A stretch of DNA of 64,000 nucleotides from a virus: the IMG/VR virus record IMGVR_UViG_3300025728_000009, positions 1 to 64,000 of that record; one strand, written 5' to 3'. Position numbers and translations under genes: made by a program. Positions 1 to 9,680 of this stretch are shown piece after piece (the stretch's first letter is position 1; each line of letters opens with the position of its first letter). The notes beneath the pieces were generated by a model. It searched no databases, had not been told where the DNA came from, and was given only the letters and a program-made list of their open reading frames with translations.

Positions 1-53
1 CCACTGCTTACCACTGCTTACCACTGCTTACCACTGCTTACCACTGCTTACCA
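1..53. repeat. Perfect 10-bp tandem array (CCACTGCTTA)x5 + CCA, running off the left edge
   Basis: Read directly at 1-53; overlaps the stop codon of ORF 38..256. Confidence 0.97.
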
Positions 54-256
54 ATTAGATCAACTGGCTTAGGACGCAGAGCTTTAAGAATTTCATCGTA
101 ACTAGGATTCTTGTATTCCGCCCTATCAGGCGTCTTCTTATCAAACACAAGCTTCAAATGATCTTTAATCATCAACCATTGGTTTTCAGAGATGGTGTCT
201 GTGTCAGATAGTTCTACGAAGCCTTGAAGCCAGTATGTGAAGCTTTCGGAATTCAT
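38..256 (-). CDS. Conserved phage hypothetical protein (F.YWLQGF.E...QW..IKDHL.LVF type)
   Basis: ORF with RBS (GAGG) and own sigma70-like promoter; last codons (GKQW*) come from the repeat array. Confidence 0.75.
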   Translation of the reverse strand: MNSESFTYWLQGFVELSDTDTISENQWLMIKDHLKLVFDKKTPDRAEYKNPSYDEILKALRPKPVDLIGKQW

Positions 257-295
257 GATTTTACCCTCGTCCAGTTCTCGACTGGTTATATTTTG

Positions 296-324
296 AGTAT
301 GACATACTTATGACCGTCTGTCAA
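296..324 (-). promoter_or_regulatory. Sigma70-like promoter TTGACA-17-CATACT
   Basis: Consensus -35, 17-bp spacer, upstream of ORF 38..256. Confidence 0.65.
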
Positions 325-554
325 CAGTTATTATTCGTATTGAGGTAAAATAGTCTTATACATAGTAAAGTCTGTTTCTGTTAAGCTTTCAAAGGCCCAT
401 TCATTACGAAACACTTCAATACTATCTTCCAAATATTCTACTTCAATATCACATACACAATAATTATTAATACGCCCACATTGTGAGCAAAAGCAAATCT
501 CGCCCATAATGTGGACTCCGTTAGTTGTTATTTCAAGTTGTTAGTAAACCACAG

Positions 555-758
555 TCAATCTTCTAAAGTCAAGTCTTCTTGAAAATATTTATTTAATTCT
601 TCAAGAATCTTAGTTCTGTAATCCCTATCACTCTCTAACCACTCAGTCATTTCTCTTTCTAAACCAATTAATTTTCCAAGATTATCTAGGTCAATTCCAG
701 TTGCTGTATATGGATTGCACTTCTCATATTCTCGCATCATTCTGTCATAGATGTTCAT
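555..758 (-). CDS. Small protein with baseplate DUF2612-like motif (ATG.DLD.LG..IG..R...ESD.DYR)
   Basis: Motif resemblance only; translationally coupled (ATGA overlap) to 755..2113. Confidence 0.45.
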   Translation of the reverse strand: MNIYDRMMREYEKCNPYTATGIDLDNLGKLIGLEREMTEWLESDRDYRTKILEELNKYFQEDLTLED

Positions 759-2113
759 TTCTTATCCACCTTGCAGAATGTTGTATCACCTAATACTGTT
801 TCCCAAGCTGAAAACATGGCCTCCCTTAGATCATCCTCAACAGAAGCTTTTACCAAACAACTGTCATGATAAGCCAAAACTGTATGTCCCTTAGCCCCCA
901 TTGCACCAACAATACGCATCATAATCTTACTGTCAATGTTTTGAAGAACAATGCCCGCATCAGAAAAGAAACGATCTTTGATGAAATCATTATGACTTTG
1001 TACAGCCTCTAGAACAGCACAATAGTCTGTTTCTCCAATCAAAGCATAGAAGTCTTGATCTTCAATTGCTTTAGAGCGGTCTTGTTTTACCTTGTTACCA
1101 AGTGTCCATGCTGCACTATTCTTGTCGTTAGAGTTCATGCCAATCAAGATAGCTAACTTAGCTAATTGACGAACAGGATTGTGTTTCTTACCTGTCTTCT
1201 TTTCCCATTCTTCTTTCAATCGACCATCAACCTTGAGAAATGATAGGTCTGCATCATAGGGAGAGAAGTCTTTACCCATCACATCATAAATATTAAATCC
1301 ATTTGTCTTATACATCAACTGGTAGCAGATAGATGGGTGGATTGCAGAATAGTCCAGCTCTACAGATGACTCACCATCAATCATGAGAGAAGATGCACGA
1401 ACATGCTGTGGGAGTAGTTGTACACCACCACCAAGAGTATACAGACGACCACCACTATCCATATCACCACTAAAGATACGACGATAGGATACATCAGCAA
1501 TAGGAACACCATCAAATGTAATCGAACTGCCTTGTAGAGTGTCATTCATATCTCGTACCTCATTCTTAATTTCTTTAAAACCTTTGTGTCCACGAGTAGG
1601 CATCTGTTCTTTAGTCTCCCGATCACGAATGATAGCTAAATCATTCTCTTCCAATTCTTTCCAAAGATTGTAGGAAGTATTAACATTCTCCCACATCTCT
1701 TTTGTACGCTTCCTGAAGATCATACAAGATGCAATAGCTTCATCAGGAACAAGCTTCCCTTTCTCCATCTTCCAAGACTTGACATATCCTTTGTAAAGGT
1801 CAATATACCCTTTCTCTTCTAGGAAATCAACAAGAGATTTAACCTTTCTGTAATTGATACCTTGTTTTGTCTTGCTATATGCATTCCTATCCAAGCTAAA
1901 GACAAATCCATTAGCTTTCTTCTTGATTGCACGAGCAGAGTTAGACACCCACCATCTCACTGCATCTTCCCACTTGTATTTAGTATGTTCCATCACATCA
2001 TCTACTATCTTCTTGTAGTATTTAGATTCATGGTAATAGATATAGCTTCTTACACACTGTAGGTTGACAGCATAGACATCATACTCTGTCATATTACTTA
2101 ATTCATAGATCAA
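755..2113 (-). CDS. Divergent family-A/T7-RNAP-superfamily polymerase (TV-Pol-like), 452 aa
   Basis: Ordered palm/finger motifs: GGRLY, ELDYSAIHP (motif A), RQLAK (motif B), LQNIDS, YHDS (motif C); no exonuclease domain; GGAG RBS. Confidence 0.7.
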   Translation of the reverse strand: MIYELSNMTEYDVYAVNLQCVRSYIYYHESKYYKKIVDDVMEHTKYKWEDAVRWWVSNSARAIKKKANGFVFSLDRNAYSKTKQGINYRKVKSLVDFLEEKGYIDLYKGYVKSWKMEKGKLVPDEAIASCMIFRKRTKEMWENVNTSYNLWKELEENDLAIIRDRETKEQMPTRGHKGFKEIKNEVRDMNDTLQGSSITFDGVPIADVSYRRIFSGDMDSGGRLYTLGGGVQLLPQHVRASSLMIDGESSVELDYSAIHPSICYQLMYKTNGFNIYDVMGKDFSPYDADLSFLKVDGRLKEEWEKKTGKKHNPVRQLAKLAILIGMNSNDKNSAAWTLGNKVKQDRSKAIEDQDFYALIGETDYCAVLEAVQSHNDFIKDRFFSDAGIVLQNIDSKIMMRIVGAMGAKGHTVLAYHDSCLVKASVEDDLREAMFSAWETVLGDTTFCKVDKK

Positions 2114-2809
2114 TCACTTATTCTCCTTATGATTGGTTAGTAAGAGGTGGAGATAGTAGTGGTGTTAGTAGATAGATGTATTGTAGTACACTAAATGCTC
2201 TACAGGCCACGGTTTATAAGGGTTTGTCCTCATTCTACTCGGTACTTTCTCTGTTTTGCCCTCAATTCATTCCACTAAGACTATACCCTAGAAAGACCTA
2301 TGTCAACCCTACACACCAAAATAATCCCTATTCCAAATCAACCTAACCACAGCTAAATTCTTTTAGCAATCCCCTTGCTTTCCACAACAAGACGTGCGAG
2401 AATGATTGCATCACTTAGAGAAGGAGGGTTTGCAATGGAATATATGGTACTTTGTTACGAAGGTAAGCAACCAGCTCAGCCGTACCGTGAGCTTATCAAA
2501 GGTGGCTTGAAACGCTACCTGTTTACCTTAGAAGAAGCTACGAATATTGTAAATGACCTGTACACGCAGTATGGTGTGTTTGGCGACCAGTACAAAATTA
2601 TTAAATTTGAGGAGATTTCAAAATGAGTAACGAACGTTGGGTGACTGCACCGCAAGCAGTAGAAATTCTGAATGACGTCTTGGAGCATCTTGAATCTCTT
2701 TGTGATGCCTGTGAAGATTTTGAACAACTGAATAGTGCAATTGACAAACTGCTCCGAGAACATGGCGTCTTTGCTTGTGAAGTCTACGCACTGACTTAAG
2801 GGGCTGCAC

Positions 2810-3268
2810 ATGCGTTATTCAAAGAGTTCTTGGACAGCCAGTTACAGAGACACATGGTCGCTAGACCATACCCTATCCCCAATCATCTACGCCGGTCTTA
2901 AAAAGTTCCACGATGTCCTAGAACAAAAGAACCGCGAAGGAAAATGTCTAGGAGTCCCTAACGAATACTGCTCAGACTGTGAAACAGGCCCAACAGACCA
3001 AGAAGTACAAGATTGGCTAGACGACATCAAGAAGATGATGTATGCTTTCGAGAACAAAGAGCCTGATATGAGAGCGTATGATTTCTCTTTGGAGATGGTG
3101 CCTGTTCCGGGAGGCGTTGCTAAAGAAGGGATGTCAATACCTTATACGATTGAGAATACGAACCAAGCTGAAACTGACAGATATCGCGCTGATTGCAAGT
3201 CTCACGAACTTAGAGTTCAGGAAGGATTAGACCTATTCAGTTTGCGATTCAAAAACTTATGGTGGTAA
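2810..3268 (+). CDS. Conserved phage hypothetical protein (WSLDHTL...GLKKF...W...IKKM...F...LWW)
   Basis: ORF with recognisable phage hypothetical motif pattern. Confidence 0.7.
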   Translation: MRYSKSSWTASYRDTWSLDHTLSPIIYAGLKKFHDVLEQKNREGKCLGVPNEYCSDCETGPTDQEVQDWLDDIKKMMYAFENKEPDMRAYDFSLEMVPVPGGVAKEGMSIPYTIENTNQAETDRYRADCKSHELRVQEGLDLFSLRFKNLWW

Positions 3269-3290
3269 GATTCATTTAGGGGTAATTTGA

Positions 3291-3893
3291 GTGACTAGAA
3301 AAATACTTTTTGGTATTGGTATAAACGATGCTGATTATAATGTGTATAAAACTGCTATGATAAATGGTAAACACACCATTATTTGGTGTTGTACTTACTA
3401 TAGACGTTGGTCGGATATGATCCGTAGGTGCTATAATCCAAAAACTATTAAAATAAGACCAAACTACAAAGATTGTTTTGTTTGTGATGAGTGGCTTTAT
3501 TTTTCTAATTTTAAACTTTGGATGGAACAGCAAGATTGGGAAGGTAAGGACTTAGATAAAGATTTACTTTATCCGGGCAACAAAATATATAGCCCAGAGA
3601 CGTGTGTTTTTGTGGATCGTAAAATAAATGCGTTCGTAACGGATAGATCGAACTCCCGTACCGAAGGTCTTATTGGTGCATCTTTTGAAAAGGAGACTGG
3701 TAGATTTAAAGCATCTTGTCAAGATGAAGGTAGGACTATAAACCTCGGTAGGTACAGTACTTCAGAAGAGGCACACAAAGCATGGCTTGCGTTTAAGTTA
3801 GAAAAAGCGTATAAATTAGCTGCTGAGCAAACAGACCCAAGAGTAGCTGAAGCTCTAATTGACAGATATGAAAATTATGCCATACACAATTGA
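3291..3893 (+). CDS. HNH-family homing endonuclease with AP2-like C-terminus
   Basis: FGIGIND, YRRWSDMIRRCY, VCDEWLYFSNF, LDKDLL..GNKIYSPETC, LGRY..EEAH motifs. Confidence 0.8.
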   Translation: MTRKILFGIGINDADYNVYKTAMINGKHTIIWCCTYYRRWSDMIRRCYNPKTIKIRPNYKDCFVCDEWLYFSNFKLWMEQQDWEGKDLDKDLLYPGNKIYSPETCVFVDRKINAFVTDRSNSRTEGLIGASFEKETGRFKASCQDEGRTINLGRYSTSEEAHKAWLAFKLEKAYKLAAEQTDPRVAEALIDRYENYAIHN

Positions 3894-4008
3894 GTGTGAT
3901 AATCTGGAAGAGAAAGCTAGATATTATGCTGATTGTGATGAGCATGAGAGGTTGGTGCAAGAAGGGTTGAATCTATTGGCACTTCGATGGAAATCGCTTT
4001 GGTGGTAA
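3877..4008 (+). pseudogene. Displaced second copy of the 3' end of gene 2810..3268 (43 aa)
   Basis: Translates MPYTIECDNLEEKARYYADCDEHERLVQEGLNLLALRWKSLWW*, collinear with IPYTIENTNQAETDRYRADCKSHELRVQEGLDLFSLRFKNLWW*. Confidence 0.85.
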
Positions 4009-5173
4009 ATTAATAGGGAGGAATAGAGTGAGTATGTCAGACAGCAGCAATAAAGAAATCATTCTTGAAGTGATGAAACTAGAAGGTGTGGACACATTCA
4101 TTTACCATATAAACGGTAAAGTCACCATACAAGCTCTTGTTGACATCGAGAAAGAATTATTAGAATATGAAGATGAGCTTCTTGAACAAGGTGATGGACT
4201 TTACAAGATTAGCTGCAACAGGAATCCCGGAGAATATACAGATTACGGGCAGTGTGTCTACAAACCGTATTGGGATTTGTACGTAGAAGAATACAAGGAG
4301 TTGAAGGAATGAAGACCACACTTACACACTTCCATGAAGGCTCTTGGGTTGAACAAGAGATTAATGTTGTTGAACTGGTAGATGATGACCTGTACAAATG
4401 TGTAGATACTGATGGAAACCTTATAGGATATTTTCCTATAGAGAATATTGATCTTCTAGCAACATGTGGAGCATTTAATACAAATGATTGTACAACGTCG
4501 GAAGAATTGTGTAAGCTGCTTAAACCAAATACGAAAGGAGAAGATGAGTGAAACAACAAGAGATACAGAAGATTAGGGCGCTGGACCCAACACAATGTAA
4601 TGGGACTTTTGCCTCTGTTTTGATGGACCCCAACATCAACCAAGCACATTATGCGGAGGTGTTGTATTATTTGTTGAGTAAAACTTTGGATGAGAAATCT
4701 TATTTAGAACGAGTCAGTAATGCTATGACTAGGGTGTTGCAGAGTAAAGGTTTGGTTCAGGAATTGAATGAGTGTCTTGAATTGGAGGAGAAATAATGGG
4801 TGAGTTACCTAAGATGAGAAAGTCTAATATGGAAATAAGTGTATCATTCCTTGCCGGAACATCCTTCCAAGATGCTAGTCAAGAAGCTAAAGATTATGCA
4901 ATAAAGAATAACCTTGCATACGTTCGGTTTGACTTCAACGGTATTCATTGTGCTATCAGTCAACGGGCAGATGTTGACAAAGCTTATGAGAAATTTATGA
5001 ATGCACTTAAGATTGATTCTAAGTATAAATTCTTTTGTGAATAAATATGTGAAGGATTTGTTTAGAAAAAGCTTTACAAAGCAACACAGGTGTGAGACAT
5101 TAGGTACGTGGGAAGATGTGAAGCAAAGAAAGGCGGTATAATAGTTGTCTAATTAACTTAAGGAAACACTTAA

Positions 5174-5920
5174 ATGGCAAAACGTAATCAGGCTCAGATT
5201 GTTCAGGATCGTTGGGAGAAGAAATCCGACGTTGGACGGGTGATTAAAAGCAAGTTTCAAGATGAGAATTACCTAGCTACACCAGTTACTGCTAAAAATG
5301 ATGTGCAAAAATTGTTCTTGAATGCGCTTAAAGAGTTTGATGTCGTAGTATTCTCTGCACCTGCTGGTGTAGGTAAGTCCTACCTTACAATGAGTGAGGT
5401 TTCGGATTGGTTGAAGAAAGGTCTTTATGATAAGATTACTCTTTCTCGTGCAGTGATTCCAATGGGACGTAGTTTGGGTATGTTGCCTTCTACTTTGCAA
5501 CAAAAGTTTGAACCTTTCCTGATGCCGATGCTGGAAGTTCTCTGGAAGCGCTATGGGAAGAGTTATTACGAGAATTGCCTTGCAAATGGTTCAATAGAGC
5601 TGCTTGCACCCGAGTACGCTCGCGGTCGGTCTATCTCTGATATATGCGTGATAGATGAGGTCCAGTGTATGGCCCCAGATGAGCTTTACACTATGCTGAC
5701 TCGCATGGAATCGGGAGCTAAACTAATTCTTATTGGTGACGGCACTGGGCACCAAACAGATATTAAAGGTGTAAATGGTATTGAGTGGCTTACTAAGTTT
5801 GTGGACAAGAACCCAGAACTTCAGAAGCACATCAAAGTAATTACAGCAACTAGCGAAGATATTGTTCGCGGTGGTTTGTGCAAAGCGATGGTTAAAGCTA
5901 AAGAACGGGAGAGTAAATAA
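5174..5920 (+). CDS. phoH: PhoH-like ATPase
   Basis: Walker A APAGVGKS, LGMLP, EY.RGRS, IDEVQ, LTR, GD..QTD, IVR.G motifs. Confidence 0.93.
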   Translation: MAKRNQAQIVQDRWEKKSDVGRVIKSKFQDENYLATPVTAKNDVQKLFLNALKEFDVVVFSAPAGVGKSYLTMSEVSDWLKKGLYDKITLSRAVIPMGRSLGMLPSTLQQKFEPFLMPMLEVLWKRYGKSYYENCLANGSIELLAPEYARGRSISDICVIDEVQCMAPDELYTMLTRMESGAKLILIGDGTGHQTDIKGVNGIEWLTKFVDKNPELQKHIKVITATSEDIVRGGLCKAMVKAKERESK

Positions 5921-6678
5921 TGCAGAAAGTTATGTCATCTGATACAAAAATGATGCCATTCATGGAGCCAAACAAACTCTTCATGACTGAATACCATGAC
6001 CATATTAAGTTTGAATACTACTTGGTTGGTAATATTGGTGATCCTGAAGAGTATCTAGAACTGTGCCATGCTTTGCGCAACTGTAGCGCCCAAGATCAGT
6101 TCATCATCCGACTAAATTCGTCAGGAGGTCAGGTGAGGTCCGGCAACCAAATAATCAACGCGCTGAAAGAATGCCCAGCAACAACCATTGGATTTATTGA
6201 AGCTGATTGTGGTTCCATGTCAACTTTTGTCTTCTTGGCGTGCGATACTTGGGGCGTCAGCCCTTACGCTGAATGGTTTGGGCACACAGTTTCGTCAGGT
6301 TCATGGGGCAAAGAGTGTGAGACGTTTGAGGCATCTCAGTTCTTGCGTAAACAAACACATAAACGGGTTATGGAAGAGTATAATTCATTCCTTTTTCCTG
6401 AAGAAATCGAATCTCTTTTGAAAGGTTCTGATATTTACTTGGATGCTGATCAGATCATGGAACGGCTGGAAACATTTGCAGAAGCCCGTGATTCACAGCC
6501 CTGTTCAAACCCTGACTGCCAAGAGTGCGGTGTTGAACGTGAACCAGAGCTTGACTTTTCAGATATCGTGAAACAAGCAGTAGCTGATGGGATTGCACAG
6601 CATGAAAAAGCGAAAGTAGCAGCTGAAAAGAAAGCTGCCCGCACAAAAGCTACAAAAGTAATCGAGAAATCTGAATAA
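5920..6678 (+). CDS. ClpP-like protease subunit
   Basis: IRLNSSGG.V, CGSMSTFVF (catalytic Ser), H and DIYL motifs of the ClpP/crotonase fold. Confidence 0.75.
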   Translation: MQKVMSSDTKMMPFMEPNKLFMTEYHDHIKFEYYLVGNIGDPEEYLELCHALRNCSAQDQFIIRLNSSGGQVRSGNQIINALKECPATTIGFIEADCGSMSTFVFLACDTWGVSPYAEWFGHTVSSGSWGKECETFEASQFLRKQTHKRVMEEYNSFLFPEEIESLLKGSDIYLDADQIMERLETFAEARDSQPCSNPDCQECGVEREPELDFSDIVKQAVADGIAQHEKAKVAAEKKAARTKATKVIEKSE

Positions 6679-6682
6679 TCAC

Positions 6683-6725
6683 TTGACCCAGCTAATGTCC
6701 GAGCTTACACTAGACGGACATTAGC
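6683..6725 (+). promoter_or_regulatory. Sigma70-like promoter TTGACC-17-TACACT with an 11-bp inverted repeat enclosing the -10 box
   Basis: GCTAATGTCCG (6691-6701) / CGGACATTAGC (6715-6725). Confidence 0.65.
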
Positions 6726-8364
6726 AAACAAGGGAGAGAATTTAAAATGAACCTACCACCAAATCTTGGGCCGGGAGTTTATGAACACTTTAAAAATATT
6801 TTAGATAGCATTCAGTTTGAACAGAAAGTTAGTAAAGGTAAAATTATCAGCCCTACTGGCATGGTAGTTTGGGAGGAGCCTGAAGAAGAGTATCAAGCTC
6901 GTATGAGTGAACTGTTTTACGAAGTTAAGTAAGGAGAGAATATGAAAGAACTTGATTACGATGAACGCTACGAGGATTATTTAGCAATCGTAGAACATTG
7001 TTTTGATGTTGAGCCAATGTGGTGTTATGATCTAGACTTAGAATACGCACAAGGAGAAATGTAATGACAAATGAAATTATTAACAAGTTTAACGAACACC
7101 TTGTAAAACCAGACTTGTTTCTGAACGACCCTTGGTTTGTACATAACAACGGTGCTGTAAGTTGGAATTCTGAAAATAATATTGAAGATTTGATTGAAGG
7201 TGATGGTCAAACTTATACAGAAGAGTCTTACGGTGAATCTATAGAGATTGATGGACATGTGCTATTCACTCTAGGAGATAGTTGCGGTGGTCAAGGACAA
7301 GTAATCTTTAACCTTAACAATAAAATTGATCCGAAGGATTTTGCATGAATCACAACGAAGAAGTAGTTATTGAAGGTTTGGAAAGTTCGCTAGATATTTG
7401 GCTCACAGCAGACCGTCAGGATGCAACAGAGACATTCGGAGAAGACCTTGTTTATGCTGTAGTGGAGGCATTAGATTATGAATGACATTCAGTTTAAAGT
7501 TTACCGAATTAAAGATATGCAAGAAAGGCTTATTTTAGAACTTAAAGGTATTCAAAACAACTGTCCTCATGAAGATAAAGAAGGTAAGTACAAAGGTGAC
7601 ATAGGGAACTGGTGTCCTGACGAAGATTCTTACTGGATTGACGCTAAGTGTTTAGACTGTGGTAAGACTTGGATGATTGATTCAGAGGGTCAGAAACAAG
7701 AATACCGTAATTTTAACGGAAAGAAAATTCAATGACTGACTACGATAGATGGCTTGACCAAGATTTAGATGACTACTATGCAGACCTTGAAAATCCTTGG
7801 CCTGATGACGAACCAGCAATAGAACCAAACACTGATTACGATAACTACGACGGATGGGATGATATGCAATGATAGAAGAGCCTATTGGTCCATTGTGTGG
7901 GAAAGTAAATAAAATCATCCCTCATATACCCTATTATCTAGCTGAAGGAAACATTGTACAAAAGAAGTGGACAGAACCTTTCGTAGACAGAGTTGGAAAT
8001 AGGGCAATACTGACAAAAGTAGAAGTGCTTACGAAGAAAGGGAAGTTGGTGGATTACACAATTCAGGTGGCTTGGGAAGATTAGGAGTAGTTATGGTAGA
8101 CAAGAAGAAAGAGATTAAAGTAAGTGTAATCACATATGAACAGTATATTGACTACGAATATATTGACGTCGCTAATTATTTCATTGTCTCGGCACTTCAG
8201 GAATATGTCTACTTTCATACGAACGACAGAATGCTGGCCCAAGAAAAATGCAACGAACTGTTCGGGGTATCGAAATATACCGTAAAAGCTTCCCGTATAA
8301 CCAAGACTAAAAGTAAGAGTGAGTCAGGTGGATTGTCGGCAACAGGAACTGCGAGTAGGCGTAA

Positions 8365-8769
8365 ATGAAAGACAAACACATTCAGGCATATATGGAGTGT
8401 GCAGAGGCTTTTGCGAAATGTTCTGTATCCACCAGACTTTCTGTTGGTTCTGTAATTGTCAAGAACAACCGAATTATCTCCTGTGGTTACAATGCTTTAC
8501 CTGAGTTTCTGAACGGACCACTGGAAGATGAGTTCGGTAAGACCTTGCCAGAAACGAGGCATGCTGAAAAATCTGCACTGATGGGGTTGACAAAAAGCAA
8601 TGAGAGTGCAGTTGGGTCTGTTTTATTCTGCACACATGCCTGTTGCAAATTTTGTTCGATTGATATCATTGACAGCGGCATCACAAAGGTCTACTATCGT
8701 AATGAGTATCGCAGCACTGAAGGACTTGAGTATCTTCGTGCAAACAATGTAGAAGTAATCAAAATTTAA
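8365..8769 (+). CDS. dCMP deaminase
   Basis: VGSVIVK, GYN, HAE and CKFC zinc motifs. Confidence 0.9.
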   Translation: MKDKHIQAYMECAEAFAKCSVSTRLSVGSVIVKNNRIISCGYNALPEFLNGPLEDEFGKTLPETRHAEKSALMGLTKSNESAVGSVLFCTHACCKFCSIDIIDSGITKVYYRNEYRSTEGLEYLRANNVEVIKI

Positions 8770-8780
8770 AGGAGAGGAAA

Positions 8781-9680
8781 GTGAAACCATTCAAACCCAT
8801 GCTCGCAACAGCATGTGAAGATATAACAAAACTGAATTACCCTGTCATGGCATCACTTAAAATTGATGGTATCCGTGCATCTATCCACAATGGTGTGGTA
8901 ATGTCGCGCTCTATGAAGCCTATCCCAAGTAAAGCTGTACAAGCGAAGTTTGGTAAGCCCGAATACGAAGGTTATGATGGTGAGATTATCTATGGTCCGT
9001 ATCTAGATAAGAATGTATTTACACACAGCACCCGAGTATGCATGAGTCACGATCTTCCTGAAGGTTTCTCAATGTCAGAGATTAAGTTCTTTGTATTTGA
9101 TACAATTGGGGAAGGTAGTGCAATCGAGCGAAACAAAAAGATTCTTACAGGCTGGCCTGAAACAACTGGTGTCCATAAGCTGACGCACAGTATCATTGAA
9201 GATTCAGAAGCGCTGGATAAGTTTGAGGCAGATGCATTGTTTCGTGGTGCAGAAGGTGTGATGGTTAAGGCTATTAGTGGTGTTTACAAACAAGGACGAT
9301 CTACTCTCAAAGAGGGTTATCTTCTTAAAGTGAAACGCTTCACAGATTCAGAAGCAATTATTATCGGCTTCGAGGAAAAGATGCACAATGCCAATGAAGC
9401 CACAGTTGGTGAGCTTGGGCAGACTAAGCGCAGTAGCCACCTTGAGAATATGGTGCCTATGAATACTCTCGGTAGCTTGCATGTTCGGGATATTGTCACA
9501 GGTGTTGATTTTAACATTGGCACAGGTTTTAATGATGAGCTTCGTAAAGAGATTTGGGATAATCAAGCTGTTTGGTTGAATAAGATTGTGAAATACAAAC
9601 ACTTTATGATCGGGTCAGTTGAGAAGCCAAGATTTCCTGTGTTCCTCGGGGAAAGAATGCTAGAAGACATGTCTAATTAA
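8781..9680 (+). CDS. ATP-dependent DNA ligase
   Basis: PMLA, KIDGIR (motif I), DGE, EGVMVK, LKVK, GTGF, PRFP. Confidence 0.93.
   Translation: MKPFKPMLATACEDITKLNYPVMASLKIDGIRASIHNGVVMSRSMKPIPSKAVQAKFGKPEYEGYDGEIIYGPYLDKNVFTHSTRVCMSHDLPEGFSMSEIKFFVFDTIGEGSAIERNKKILTGWPETTGVHKLTHSIIEDSEALDKFEADALFRGAEGVMVKAISGVYKQGRSTLKEGYLLKVKRFTDSEAIIIGFEEKMHNANEATVGELGQTKRSSHLENMVPMNTLGSLHVRDIVTGVDFNIGTGFNDELRKEIWDNQAVWLNKIVKYKHFMIGSVEKPRFPVFLGERMLEDMSN

Noticed and set aside
1-53. CRISPR array or recoded (TAA read-through) ORF at the tandem repeat
   Set aside because: No spacers and the unit is only 10 bp; conserved genes across the window are intact under the standard code
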